Shown here one piece after another: positions 1-10,633 of a stretch of 64,000 nt of DNA. Made by a program: the position numbers and the translations under genes. The stretch is from Balanoglossus misakiensis (taxonomy: Eukaryota; Animalia; Hemichordata), in contig CM082580.2 of the NCBI GenBank assembly GCA_040954595.2, forward strand, positions 5,771,419 to 5,835,418, written 5' to 3'. The first letter of the stretch is position 1. Every line of letters begins with the position of its first letter. The notes under the pieces were generated by a model. That model saw only the letters and a program-made list of their open reading frames with translations. It was not told where the DNA came from and ran no database searches.

Positions 1-1093
1 TTTTTCCTGACAATGTAGGTCGTCAAGTGTGCAGACTACGTGGGTGGGTGTGTTACCACCAACCGACCTGTGACCCCAGACAACAACCTAGTAAGTAGTA
101 TACACGCGACTACATTTATGCCTTTGTGTTTGACCCACCCCAAGTCTATGTCACAATACATTAAATCAATTCCAGCAAAATTTGTCCCGAGTTTAGGCGC
201 ATGTTTGGAATGAATGCACATGTTGTTGTGGGATTGTGACGACCAGTAATCGAAACTAAATGTAGGCACCGTACAGTAGGCTCTGAACTTCCTGGTACAA
301 GCTACCGATGGTTGCTATTTAGGAAATTGATTATCTGTACAATTTAGCTTCTACTCAACAAAACCTAAATAGCATTGAACCCAATTAGGGTAAATTTTAA
401 CCAATAGATTTCAATGTATTGAACCTACCTTGCCCTTGGCCTATTTCTGCACTCACACGCTCAGAACTGCTCTGTGTGTATGTGTGTGTTTCAGTCAGTT
501 ATATAGTTTGAAATATTTTTCGTTGAAGTGTAACTATATTAACCGGGCATGCGTGGGTTATACATTAGTTCAAAGTGTATAGGCAATTCAAACTGAAGTA
601 ATTTTGGGTGTTGCGAATTGTCTTTTCTGTTGATTGATTGGGTGAGCACCTTTCAAAGACGCCATCCATTTAATTATGCAAATGAGCTAGTTACACCCAC
701 ATGTCAGTATTCTCCCCAGATCAATAGGCCACTTGAATCCCAGTGACATCATGTATAATTCAACTCTATATTATTTTATTCATTTTTTTTTTGTAATAGG
801 CAAAACTCATTTTTTGGGCCCCAGGATGAGTTTAACAGTGCACTAATTCGATAGTATGATGGACTGTTCCAGAGTTTAAATTCAAAATGGTAAACTCATA
901 CTGATAAAAAAAATAAGAAGCTCATTAATATAAGGTGCTTGCGTTGAGTTATGCACATTAGCTATGCCTGTTTGTCTTTGACAAAACATTGGCTCAGAAA
1001 AAAATTGGGATGTTAACATTCAGCACCACCTCATTATGTAAAGTACAAATTGTACACTTCAGGGTCTATTCTGCAGAAAAAAATGACAAAACG

Positions 1094-1840
1094 CTAATTC
1101 GTTGTCAAAGAGTCTACAAAAGTAACGTTCACGAACTTCCATATGCCAAAGGACGCCAGCAACGTCCAAGTTGACATGATTACGTAGGGCTCTGCTAAAT
1201 TCCAATAGTAGACCCACTCTCCACTGCCCGGCCGGGGCGAAAACTTCCCCAGCTCCTTCCCCTTCTTCACCCATTTTTCCGGCAGCGTTCTGTGCACGCG
1301 GCTGAACACCCAGTCCTCGCTGTTGACCAGGTCCTCCTCGATTTTGCCGTGCTCCTCCAGAGTGCGGTTGTACTCCTGGAGTGTCAGCGACACCTGCTGG
1401 GAAGCATCCCCTCCTCCTCCTCCTCGCGGAACGTCCAGCGTCTCCAGCCAGGCCTCCCCTTTCCTCCTCAGAATCTTCATCCGGCTGGCCGCCGCGTGGT
1501 GCAGCCTCTGCTTCCGGGCCGGGGAGTGCTGCGTCCTGTACAGCTCGGTGACCGCCAAGCCGCAGAAGGAGGCTATGGTGAGGAACACCAGCCCCTGGCT
1601 GCCGATGTTCGACTGCCCGGACGAGAGCATCTTGGGCAGCGTGCTCCCCCCGCTGGCGAGGCAGACGGCCGAACAGATGATCTTCCACTGCGTCATGCGC
1701 CGGTCCAGATTCTCGTAGTGGCCCGCACTGATATAGTGCGCGCGGTAGTGGAAGTGCAGCTCATACAGTTCCAGTTCTACCTTGCGTTTCAATTTCTCGG
1801 TTGCGACGACGCTCTTGTCACTAATGTCAGCCTGCTCCAT
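1094..1840 (-). CDS. SLATT-like (SMODS/SLOG-associating 2TM effector-like) membrane protein, 248 aa, single coding exon, with extra C-terminal TM
   Basis: Clean GC-rich ORF in AT-rich flanks. It shows an N-terminal helix with AHYISAGHY, two hydrophobic segments (aa ~52-68 and ~83-100), then SPARKQRLHHAAASRMKILRR and a later WVFSRVHR helix, which is the pattern of SLATT_4/SLATT_6-type families as I recall it. A third hydrophobic segment lies at aa ~219-240. There is a splice acceptor (tttgtactctactacAG) at 1888-1887, a candidate donor at 2217 and AATAAA at 780-775 on the minus strand. The gene is well supported; the family call is from pattern recognition. Confidence 0.7.
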   Translation of the reverse strand: MEQADISDKSVVATEKLKRKVELELYELHFHYRAHYISAGHYENLDRRMTQWKIICSAVCLASGGSTLPKMLSSGQSNIGSQGLVFLTIASFCGLAVTELYRTQHSPARKQRLHHAAASRMKILRRKGEAWLETLDVPRGGGGGDASQQVSLTLQEYNRTLEEHGKIEEDLVNSEDWVFSRVHRTLPEKWVKKGKELGKFSPRPGSGEWVYYWNLAEPYVIMSTWTLLASFGIWKFVNVTFVDSLTTN

Positions 1841-2774
1841 AGCGTCTTCTATATAGATGAGTTACTTCAAGTTGTTGTTTAGTTGGCTGTAGTAGAGTAC
1901 AAAGACAAATAAAATGTGATAAGCAAACAGCAAAGGATGAGGAAAAATGAGCCTAGGCTATATACCAATCCTAGGTGCATACGTGTTGGGGTGGGGTGTT
2001 GTGTGGAGTGACCTTGGTTAGAGTACAGTGCTACATAGCCTGGTCACCATACCCAGTGTGTTTTACTGTCGTTCCCATCTGGCTTCGAACGTTCATGTTG
2101 ATCTAAATGTTATCACACTTGTGTAATTGGTTTGTGAAGTTGATTCCAACTTTGCTACAGTTGTTGTACAGTTTATATGCTTTGCGGCAAACACAAACAG
2201 GATTAATGGTTTCTTACCCGGTAGGATGCTTCGATGCTTTGCCAGTTTGTAGATAGAGTGTGAGTCTATCTAAAACACACTGGGTAGCCTACAAATATCA
2301 AAGAGCTGTGAACACACAAACAAGGCACAGCGTCAAACTCTCAAGCAAATTTCTGAGTTAATTGCATACATGTATATATGCCAGTTTTTATCCCATCGTA
2401 AAATCATGACTGTAACTTGGTTATTAATATGTACATGTACTATTTCAAATTCGACGGCAATCCGAGTCTGATGCCAATCTCAGAACATACATCGTCTCCT
2501 CTACATCGACAACATGACACGGAAAAAGTGAAGTCAATCGCCAGAGCAATAAAGGAAAATAACGTTGACTAACCAGTCTACTCGGCTTTATCTATGTTTC
2601 AAAGAAGGCTTGTGAAATAAGAATGAATGCTTTCTGTATCTCTCGCCCTCTTGCCTGCTCGACGATGGAGCGATGGCGATGTTGCCTCTCCCTCCTCCAG
2701 AGGGCGCCGTCAATGACCTTTGGCTTTTCAGAGACGCAGTGTGTGAACCAAGTGCATAGGAGGAGTTTGAAAGA

Positions 2775-2813
2775 ACAGTACAGTACAGTACAGTACAGTA
2801 CAGTACAGTACAG
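2775..2813. repeat. (ACAGT)n microsatellite at the left edge of the C1q duplication
   Basis: About eight tandem ACAGT units directly abutting the first repeat unit. Confidence 0.95.
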
Positions 2814-3669
2814 ACCACCATATAAATGTCAAAAGTTAGCAACTTTTGTCCCTTTAATCTCTGGTGGCCGTGACAGTACGTTCACTGATGCGGTGCTTTA
2901 ATTTTCTTTCTTTTTATTGCAAAATGTAATGATATTTCCTTTCATGATATTTTTTGCATGGTAGCTGCATGGTTCAATCTAAACTTGTTTGAGCATAATA
3001 ATGGTTTGGAAACCAAACAGCGCCACCAAACCTCAAATGCTTGTGGCCTTTTGTTTTTATAAAGCAGGCTTTAAGAAATCACACTTGAAATTGTCATGAT
3101 TTTATGTTTTGTTTATCAACATGCTACTGATATTTACACTGTAATTTATCTTGAGGGATAAACATGCACCAAAGTTATGTGATGTCCACATCACTCATTG
3201 TCGAAAAGGGTTGTTATTTAGATCTGTAATATTTATCATTATATGACACTGACAGAATAGTGTAGTATACAATGGCAGATTTAAATTATTATAATAGAAA
3301 TCACACCAAATTTAAAGCACAGAGTGATACGATATGTAGCACTTGATTATCATCCAATTATTACTAAAAATTGTAAACAGCAAATCTCAAAATACGTAAT
3401 ACACGCTGCAAACAGCACAAACATTGTTTACATCATCAAGGGACAATGTATGACAGGCATGCTATTTTTGTAGTCACCAGCAGTTTGTGGCCATATATGG
3501 TGAGAAATTTGCTAGTTTTGGTATTCCGCTTTACTGCAGACTAGAGGTAGGAATTATTTATCAGCAACTGATGTGCACAAGGTAATGGTATAGTATATCT
3601 GATCTTGGGATTAGAAACTTTTTTTCAAGTTTGAAAAGTTGACATTTTGCAAAGTTAATTTATGAAAGA

Positions 3670-3677
3670 TATATAAA
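3670..3677 (+). promoter_or_regulatory. Candidate TATA box of C1q copy 1 (equivalents at 7730-7737 and 12545-12552)
   Basis: TATATAAA is conserved in all three units ~200 bp upstream of the first splice donor. Conservation may only reflect recent duplication. Confidence 0.45.
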
Positions 3678-4415
3678 GGTCCACACTTAAAATCTCCCCA
3701 CGAAAAAGTGGACTTGCTGATATGTAAATTACATGATATCAAAACAACTGCTCCAGTTTCTTAAACTTTCACCAAGAAACAACTGCTGCAAGAAAGTGCA
3801 GAAGACTTGGCAGAATTCGGAATAGAATCAGAAATATCTTTTGGGTTTGGAGACAACCAAGGAACAAAGCAAGCAAGGTAGACTTATAAAATCTTTAATT
3901 TTGATCTTAAATATGACAATAAGAACAATTAATAATATTCCCTTTGGTATGTTGTAGAATATCTAGCTTGCCGCTGAAAAGTTTGTTTTCCTATATTGAG
4001 TCAACGCAGCATTTTATAATACTTTCGCAGCAGTCATTGGTTCTTTCACTTTGAGTAAATGCTCATTAGAAACTACATGTATTTATCTATCAACAATTTT
4101 GGACAGTATTCCCTAGTCCAAAATGTGATAGGATTTTTGATGATGGCATTTGATTACTGCAAGGATGAGTGTAGTGCTAATGACAACATACTGAGCAGAC
4201 ATCCTGGTATCATATTCGCTGAACACTGTGTCTTACGTGACTAGACAAGCAAGATGTGTCATGTGCTTGTCACTTAGGCAGGGTACCAGCTATGGTATCA
4301 TATGACCAGTTTTTCTAATCAGTTTCCATCAACCAAAAATAAAGATTGTAACTTTTCTTTTGTTCAAATTAATTATGAAATCTGGTGTAACATTTTTTTA
4401 TGTTTCACTTCCAGC

Positions 4416-5765
4416 ATGAGTTATTGGCTGATTATGAGTATGCTGCTTGGATTTGTCCACACCAACACTGCACAAGTGACTGATGGGGACCAATGTCTGA
4501 GTATTTGCCCAGACTCATGGCCTGATATGAGAACTGGTCAAACGGGAATGCCAGGCCAACCAGGTCCAATTGGAAGACAAGGTAATACTGCCCTCTTTTT
4601 GGAGAAAGTTGGTTTCTTTGCCCTGTGTAGCAAGGATGTTCGTTTGGTACAAATGAAGCTGAGTGATTGAACTTTTGTGATTGGACCAGAGGCGTGGGTG
4701 TATCTGTATGTGGAACTTTTGAAAAACAAATTCTGCCTCCAGATGTAATTTAATAGCCTACTTAAGGAATCATAATCTGAAGTTGAGACACAAAACAGAT
4801 ATTTCAGTGAATAAAAATAAAACTGTCACTAGCTGTCTCTTGAGTTCTGGCACATGACTCACTGGCAATTGTTCTACTTTTTGTAGGTCAGCCTGGTGTG
4901 ATAGGTCCTGCAGGGAGTCCAGGGGTCAAAGGTGAACCAGGGGAGAAGGGAGAGAAGGGACATTTGGCCGCCAAAGGAGAAACAGGTAGTTGTCATCAAT
5001 AAAAAAATACTACTGCCAGAAAATACTTTAAGTGGTAAAATGCTGAACAATGTTTTAATAATGAAGAAAACATTTCAAAGAGATATTCTTTCCATTTTTA
5101 AAGAGTTGAAATATTTTTGAGACTTTTGAAGACCCAACATATATGTACATGCCCTGCAGGTATTATCTGATCTGTAAATTGTTTTGTCTTGAACACTTGA
5201 AGGTCACCCTGGTGTCAAAGGTCAAACTGGTTTTCCTGGAAAGATTGGTCCACAGGGTCCAAAAGGTGAGAGTGGCCAGAATGGAACTGATGGTGTCAAA
5301 GGTGAAACTGGAGAAGTTGGGGTCAAAGGTCAGAAAGGTGAAGTGGGTCAAGTACAACAAGCCAAGGTGGCATTCTCTGTTGGAAGGAGATCTCATGTCA
5401 TTGGGACTGATTCAGAGCAAACTATCACCTATACTGATGTGATAGTACAAGAAGGTGCCAATATTAATATCAACACTGGTGTGTTCACTTGTCAAGTTCC
5501 TGGCATCTATTATTTCTCTTTCTCATTCATTTCATACGGTGGTAAATACCTGAACATACGACTCAAACAGAATAATGAATACAAGTTTGCACTTCTTCGG
5601 GCAAATCATTCAGGAAATGATGTTCACTCCCAGAGTGGCATGTTACACCTGAACCAAGGTGATCAAGTCAAATTAGTGATGTACAGGGGGGACGATTACC
5701 GTACACACTATTGTAATCCAGACCATTGCAACACATTCAATGGGTACCTAGTCTACCCTGACTAA
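4416..5765 (+). CDS. Secreted collagen-C1q domain protein (C1q/CTRP-like), copy 1, ~275 aa
   Basis: Exons 4416-4581, 4887-4985 and 5203-5765, all GT-AG and phase 1. Signal peptide MSYWLIMSMLLGFVHTNTA, an N-terminal CLSIC, Gly-X-Y repeats, and a gC1q head (VAFSV...NTGVFTCQVPGIYYFSF...LHLNQGDQV...NTFNGYLVYPD). An upstream non-coding exon ends at donor 3877/3878. Confidence 0.93.
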
Positions 5766-8491
5766 ACCAATCACAATGAAGTAGCAGTCGGTACCCAGTT
5801 CAGTCATTGCAACCATCCATTTTGTGGAAGCTTCAGGTCTGAATGGCAAAATACACTTTTGATCTCATGCACTACAACATCTGACACAACAACATTTTTT
5901 TTAATTGGAGAAATGATTGTTTCAAATCATAAATTCATAACATGATTTATTGGATTCAAGTAGTGTTTGTTTCTTATTCGTTTTCTAGAAATCTTTTATG
6001 ACCATATAACTAGTTTTCAACTTGAAATTTTATTTCACTTTAGAAATATGTAAGGATATAACCAGCAATAGTTACAGTTGGAACTAGTGATGTATTGTTT
6101 ACAGGAGTACCAGTATATTTCCAAAATTGTAGAAATATATGTTCACCAATTGTTACAGATTGGATATGAAACTCCAACAAAAGATTTTCACGATTTATAT
6201 CGAATTAAATTTGACTAAACCATTTTCATTTTCCATGGTTCCCCAAATACTTCAACAGTTTCAATTTTTCTAAAATGCTCACCATTTAATGTATATTTCA
6301 AGTATACCTTTTTACGTTTAAATCACATTATTTCAACCATTTCACCACCATAGAAGGTCAGGCCAGCCAAACCTACCATGAGAAAATGGCCGTTATCTAC
6401 TGCAGTGTTCTTTAAAAATTTATGTGAACATATGTCAATTTAGAATTTGTAAGAAGAATTAGAATAAAACAATTAACAACAGTTATCATGTCACTTTAGT
6501 TTATTTTTGCAAAATTTGAAAGATCACGATCAAATTCCGTACATAGTTACAATATTAAATAACAACTGTTTGCATATCACACACATGTAGGAGTTGAGTA
6601 TCTCTCTGGGCCCAAGGTAACCATGGTAATTACCTGACAAAGCTGATAACATTTGACAATATTTTGTTTATTTTAATTTCTTTGATGGTCTTTTCATGTT
6701 GTTCTCACTGAATTATGCCAAGTGACTACTTCTTAAACCTTTAGCCACACATGGGTATGATGAGAATACAATACGTCTACATGATAATTTTTGGTACTGA
6801 CAAAAAATTAAACGGTTTGTGTGTAATATCCATGTATGGGTTGTGAACTGAGCCCTGACAACTGGTCAGTGAGCGTGTTTCTGTGTCACTAGAACACCAT
6901 ATAAATGTCAAAAGTTAGCAACTTTTGTCCCTTTAATCTCTGGTGGCCGTGACAGTACTTTCACTGATAAGGTGCTTTTATTTTCCTTCTTTTTATTAAT
7001 GATATATCCTTTCATGATATTTTTTGCATGGTAGCTGCGTGGTTCAATCTAAACTTGTTTGAGCATAATAATGGTTTGGAAACCAAACAGCGCCACCAAA
7101 CCTTAAATGCTTGTGGCCTTTTGTTTTTATATAGCAGGTTTAAGAAACCACACTTGAAATTGTCATGATTTTATGTTTTGTTTATCAACATGCTACTGAT
7201 ATTTACACTGTCATTTATCTTGAGGGATAAACATAAACCAAAGTTATGTCATGTCCACATCACTCATTGTCGAAAAGGGTTGTTATTTAGATCTGTAATA
7301 TTTATCATTATATGACACTGACAGAATAGTGTAGTATACAATGGCAGATTTAAATTATTATAATAGAAATCACACCAAATTAAAGCACAGAGTGATACGA
7401 TATGTAGCACTTGATTATCATCCAATTATTACCAAAAAATGTAAACAGCAAATGTCAAAATACACGCTGCAAACAGCACAAACATTGTTTACATCATCAA
7501 GGGACAATGTATGACAGGAATGCTATTTTTGTAGTCACCAGCAGTTGGTGGCCATATATGGTGAGAAATTTGCTAGTTTTGGTATTCCACTTTACTGCAG
7601 AATGGAGGTAGAATTATTTATCAGCAACTGATGTGCACAAGGAAATGATATAGTATATCTCACCTTGGGATTAGAAACTTTTTTTCAAGTTTGAAAAGCT
7701 GACATTTTGCAAAGTTAATTTATGAAAGATATATAAAGGTCCACAAGTGTGTAACAGCTTCACTTAAAATCTCCCCACGAAAAAGTGGACTTGCTGATAT
7801 GTAAATTACATGATATCAAAACAACTGCTTCAGTTTCTTAAACTTTCACCAAGAAACAACTGCTGCAAGAAAGTGCAGAAGACTTGGCAGAATTTGGAAT
7901 AGAATCAGAAATATCTTTTGGGTTTGGAGACAACCAAGGAACAAAGCAAGCAAGGTAGACTTATAAATCTTTAATTTTGATCTTAAATATGACAACAAGA
8001 ACAGTTTGACAATTAATAATATTCCCTTTGGCATGCGATACAATATCTAGCTTGCCGCTGAAAAGTTTGTTTTCCTATATTGAGTCAACGCAGCATTTTA
8101 TAATACTTTCGCAGCAGTCATTGGTTCTTTCACTTTGAGTAAATGCTCATTAGAAACTACATGCATTTATCTTCCAACAAATTGTGGCAGTATTCCCTAG
8201 TCCAAAATGTGATAGGATTTTTGGTGATGGCATTTTATTACTGCAGGGATGGGTGAAGTGCTGATGACAACATACTGAGCAGACATCCTGGTATCATATT
8301 CACTGAACACTGTGTCTTACGTGACTAGACAAGCATCATGTGCTTGTCACTTAGGCAGGGTACCAGCCATGGTATCATATGACCAGTTTTTCTAATCAGT
8401 TTCCATCAACCAAAAAGAAAGTTTGTAATTTTTTTTTGTTCAAATTAATTATAAAATCTGGTGTAACATTTTTTTATGTTTCACTTCCAGC

Positions 8492-10633
8492 ATGAGTTAT
8501 TGGCTGATTATGAGTATGCTGCTTGGATTTGCCCACACCAACACTGCACAAGTGACTGATGGGGACCAATGTCTGAGTATTTGCCCGGACTCATGGCCTG
8601 ATATGAGAACTGGTCAAACGGGAATGCCAGGCCAACCAGGTCCAATTGGAAGACAAGGTAATACTGCCCTCTATCAGGGAAACTTGGTTTCTTTGCCCCC
8701 TCTACAAAGGAAGTTTGTTTTGTACAAATAAAGCTGAGTGATTGAACTTCTGTGAATGGACCAGAGGCGTGGGTGTATCTGTATGTAGAACTTTTGAAAA
8801 ACAAATTCTGCCTCCAGATGTAATTTAATAGCCTACTTAAGGAATCATAATCTGAAGTTGAGACACAAAACAGATATTTCAGTGAATAAAAATAAAACTG
8901 TCACTAGCTGTCTCTTGAGTTCTGGCACATGACTTAGGCTGCATTCACAAACACCTCTGGAGGGGGGGGGGGGGCGGGAGAATTCAATTTTTTTTACCGC
9001 TAATTTTCACATGCCCCCCTTCCGAACTGCCAATATTTTCAAATCCCCCCCTTCCGAACTGCCAAAATTTTGAAATCCCCCCCCTCCCATTTTCTTTCAC
9101 AGAGCAAAACACATCACCTATCTATCTTGTAAAAAGAAAAACAGCGCTCCCATGAAAAGCATTTGAAACTGATGTTTCCCCTCATCAGTGGGTATTAAAA
9201 CTGAACATTGTTTTTATTTTTTAAGTACATATATTTGTATTCTGTGTTTGGAGACATTGTAAACCGAGAATTGAAGGGGGTGGGTCTGGGAGGGGGTGTC
9301 CCCCTCCCACGTAAGAAAATTTACAGAGCTCAAAGCTGCATTTTAATGAACCCGGCAAAAGCAAATTAACTCAACTACCGGTATGTTGGGGAGGACAAAT
9401 TTAACCGTCGGCGCTCAAAGTTATCATGGGGTGGGGCAAGTCCCCTGACCTGGGACACTAGATAAACCAGTCAATGATTGAAAGGTGTTGATGATTGGAG
9501 GGGGTGGGTGTGGGAGGGGGTGTGCCCCTCCCACATTAGAAAAGTTTGTAAAATAAAGGGCGCGAAACTGCATTTTTGTGGACTCAAAATAAATATTTAG
9601 TCGTTAAAGTTTTCAAGATCCCCCCTTTCAGTCCCTAAATTATTTCAAATCCCCCCCTCACATACCCTGAATTTTTTCAAATCCCCCCCCCTCAATTCTC
9701 CTGCCCCCCCCCCCCCCTCCAGAGGTGTTTGTGAATGCAGCCTTACTGGCAATTGTTCTACTTTTTGTAGGTCAGCCTGGTGTGATAGGTCCTGCAGGGA
9801 GTCCAGGGGTCAAAGGTGAACCAGGGGAGAAGGGAGAGAAGGGCAATTTGGCCGCCAAAGGAGAAACAGGTAGTTGTCATCAATAATAAAGTATTGGAAA
9901 CATGCTTCACAATGTTTTAATAATAAAAAAAAACACATTTCAAAGTAGAATTCTTTCCATTTTTAAAGAGTTGAAATATTTTTGAGACTTTTGAAGACCC
10001 AACATATATGTACATGCCCTGCAGGTGTAATCTGATCTGCAAATTGTTTTGTCTTGAACACTTGAAGGTCACCCAGGTGCCAAAGGTCAAACTGGTTTTC
10101 CTGGAAAGATTGGTCCACAGGGTCCAAAAGGTGAGAGTGGCCAGAATGGAACTGATGGCGTCAAAGGTGAAACTGGAGAACATGGGGTCAAAGGTCAGAA
10201 AGGTGAAGTGGGTGAGGTACAACAAGCCAAGGTGGCATTCTCTGTTGGAAGGAAATCTAGCGTCATTGGGACCAATTCAGAGCAAACTATCACCTATACT
10301 GATGTGATAGTACAAGAAGTACGTGCCAATATTGATATCAATACTGGTGTGTTCACTTGTCAAGTTCCTGGTATCTATTATTTCTCTTTCTCATTCCGTT
10401 CATACAGTGATAAAGCCCTGTACATACAACTCAAACAGAATGATGAATACAAGTTTACACTTTATCGGTCAACCGCTTCAGGATATGATGTTCACTCACA
10501 GAGTGGCATGTTACACCTGAACCAAGGTGATCAAGTCAAATTAGTGATGCCCATTTGTGGCAGTTGCCGTGCACACAATTGTGATCCAAACCATTGCAAC
10601 ACATTCAATGGGTACCTAATCTACCCTGACTAA
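8492..10633 (+). CDS. Secreted collagen-C1q domain protein, copy 2, ~276 aa
   Basis: Exons 8492-8657, 9771-9869 and 10068-10633. Same architecture as copy 1, with the intron after the first coding exon enlarged by a MITE. Confidence 0.93.
8937..9742. mobile_element. PIF/Harbinger-type MITE (806 bp) in an intron of C1q copy 2
   Basis: Perfect TIRs GGCTGCATTCACAAACACCTCTGGAGGGGGGG...CCCCCCCTCCAGAGGTGTTTGTGAATGCAGCC with a TTA target-site duplication (8934-8936 and 9743-9745). The empty site GACTTACTGGC is present in copy 3, and copy 1 has GACTCACTGGC. Confidence 0.92.

Noticed and set aside
1059-1882. Overlapping ORFs of 209, 196 and 131 aa around the SLATT-like gene
   Set aside because: These are alternative-frame and antisense shadows of a GC-rich coding sequence, with low-complexity R/G/A/P-rich translations and no splice or start context.
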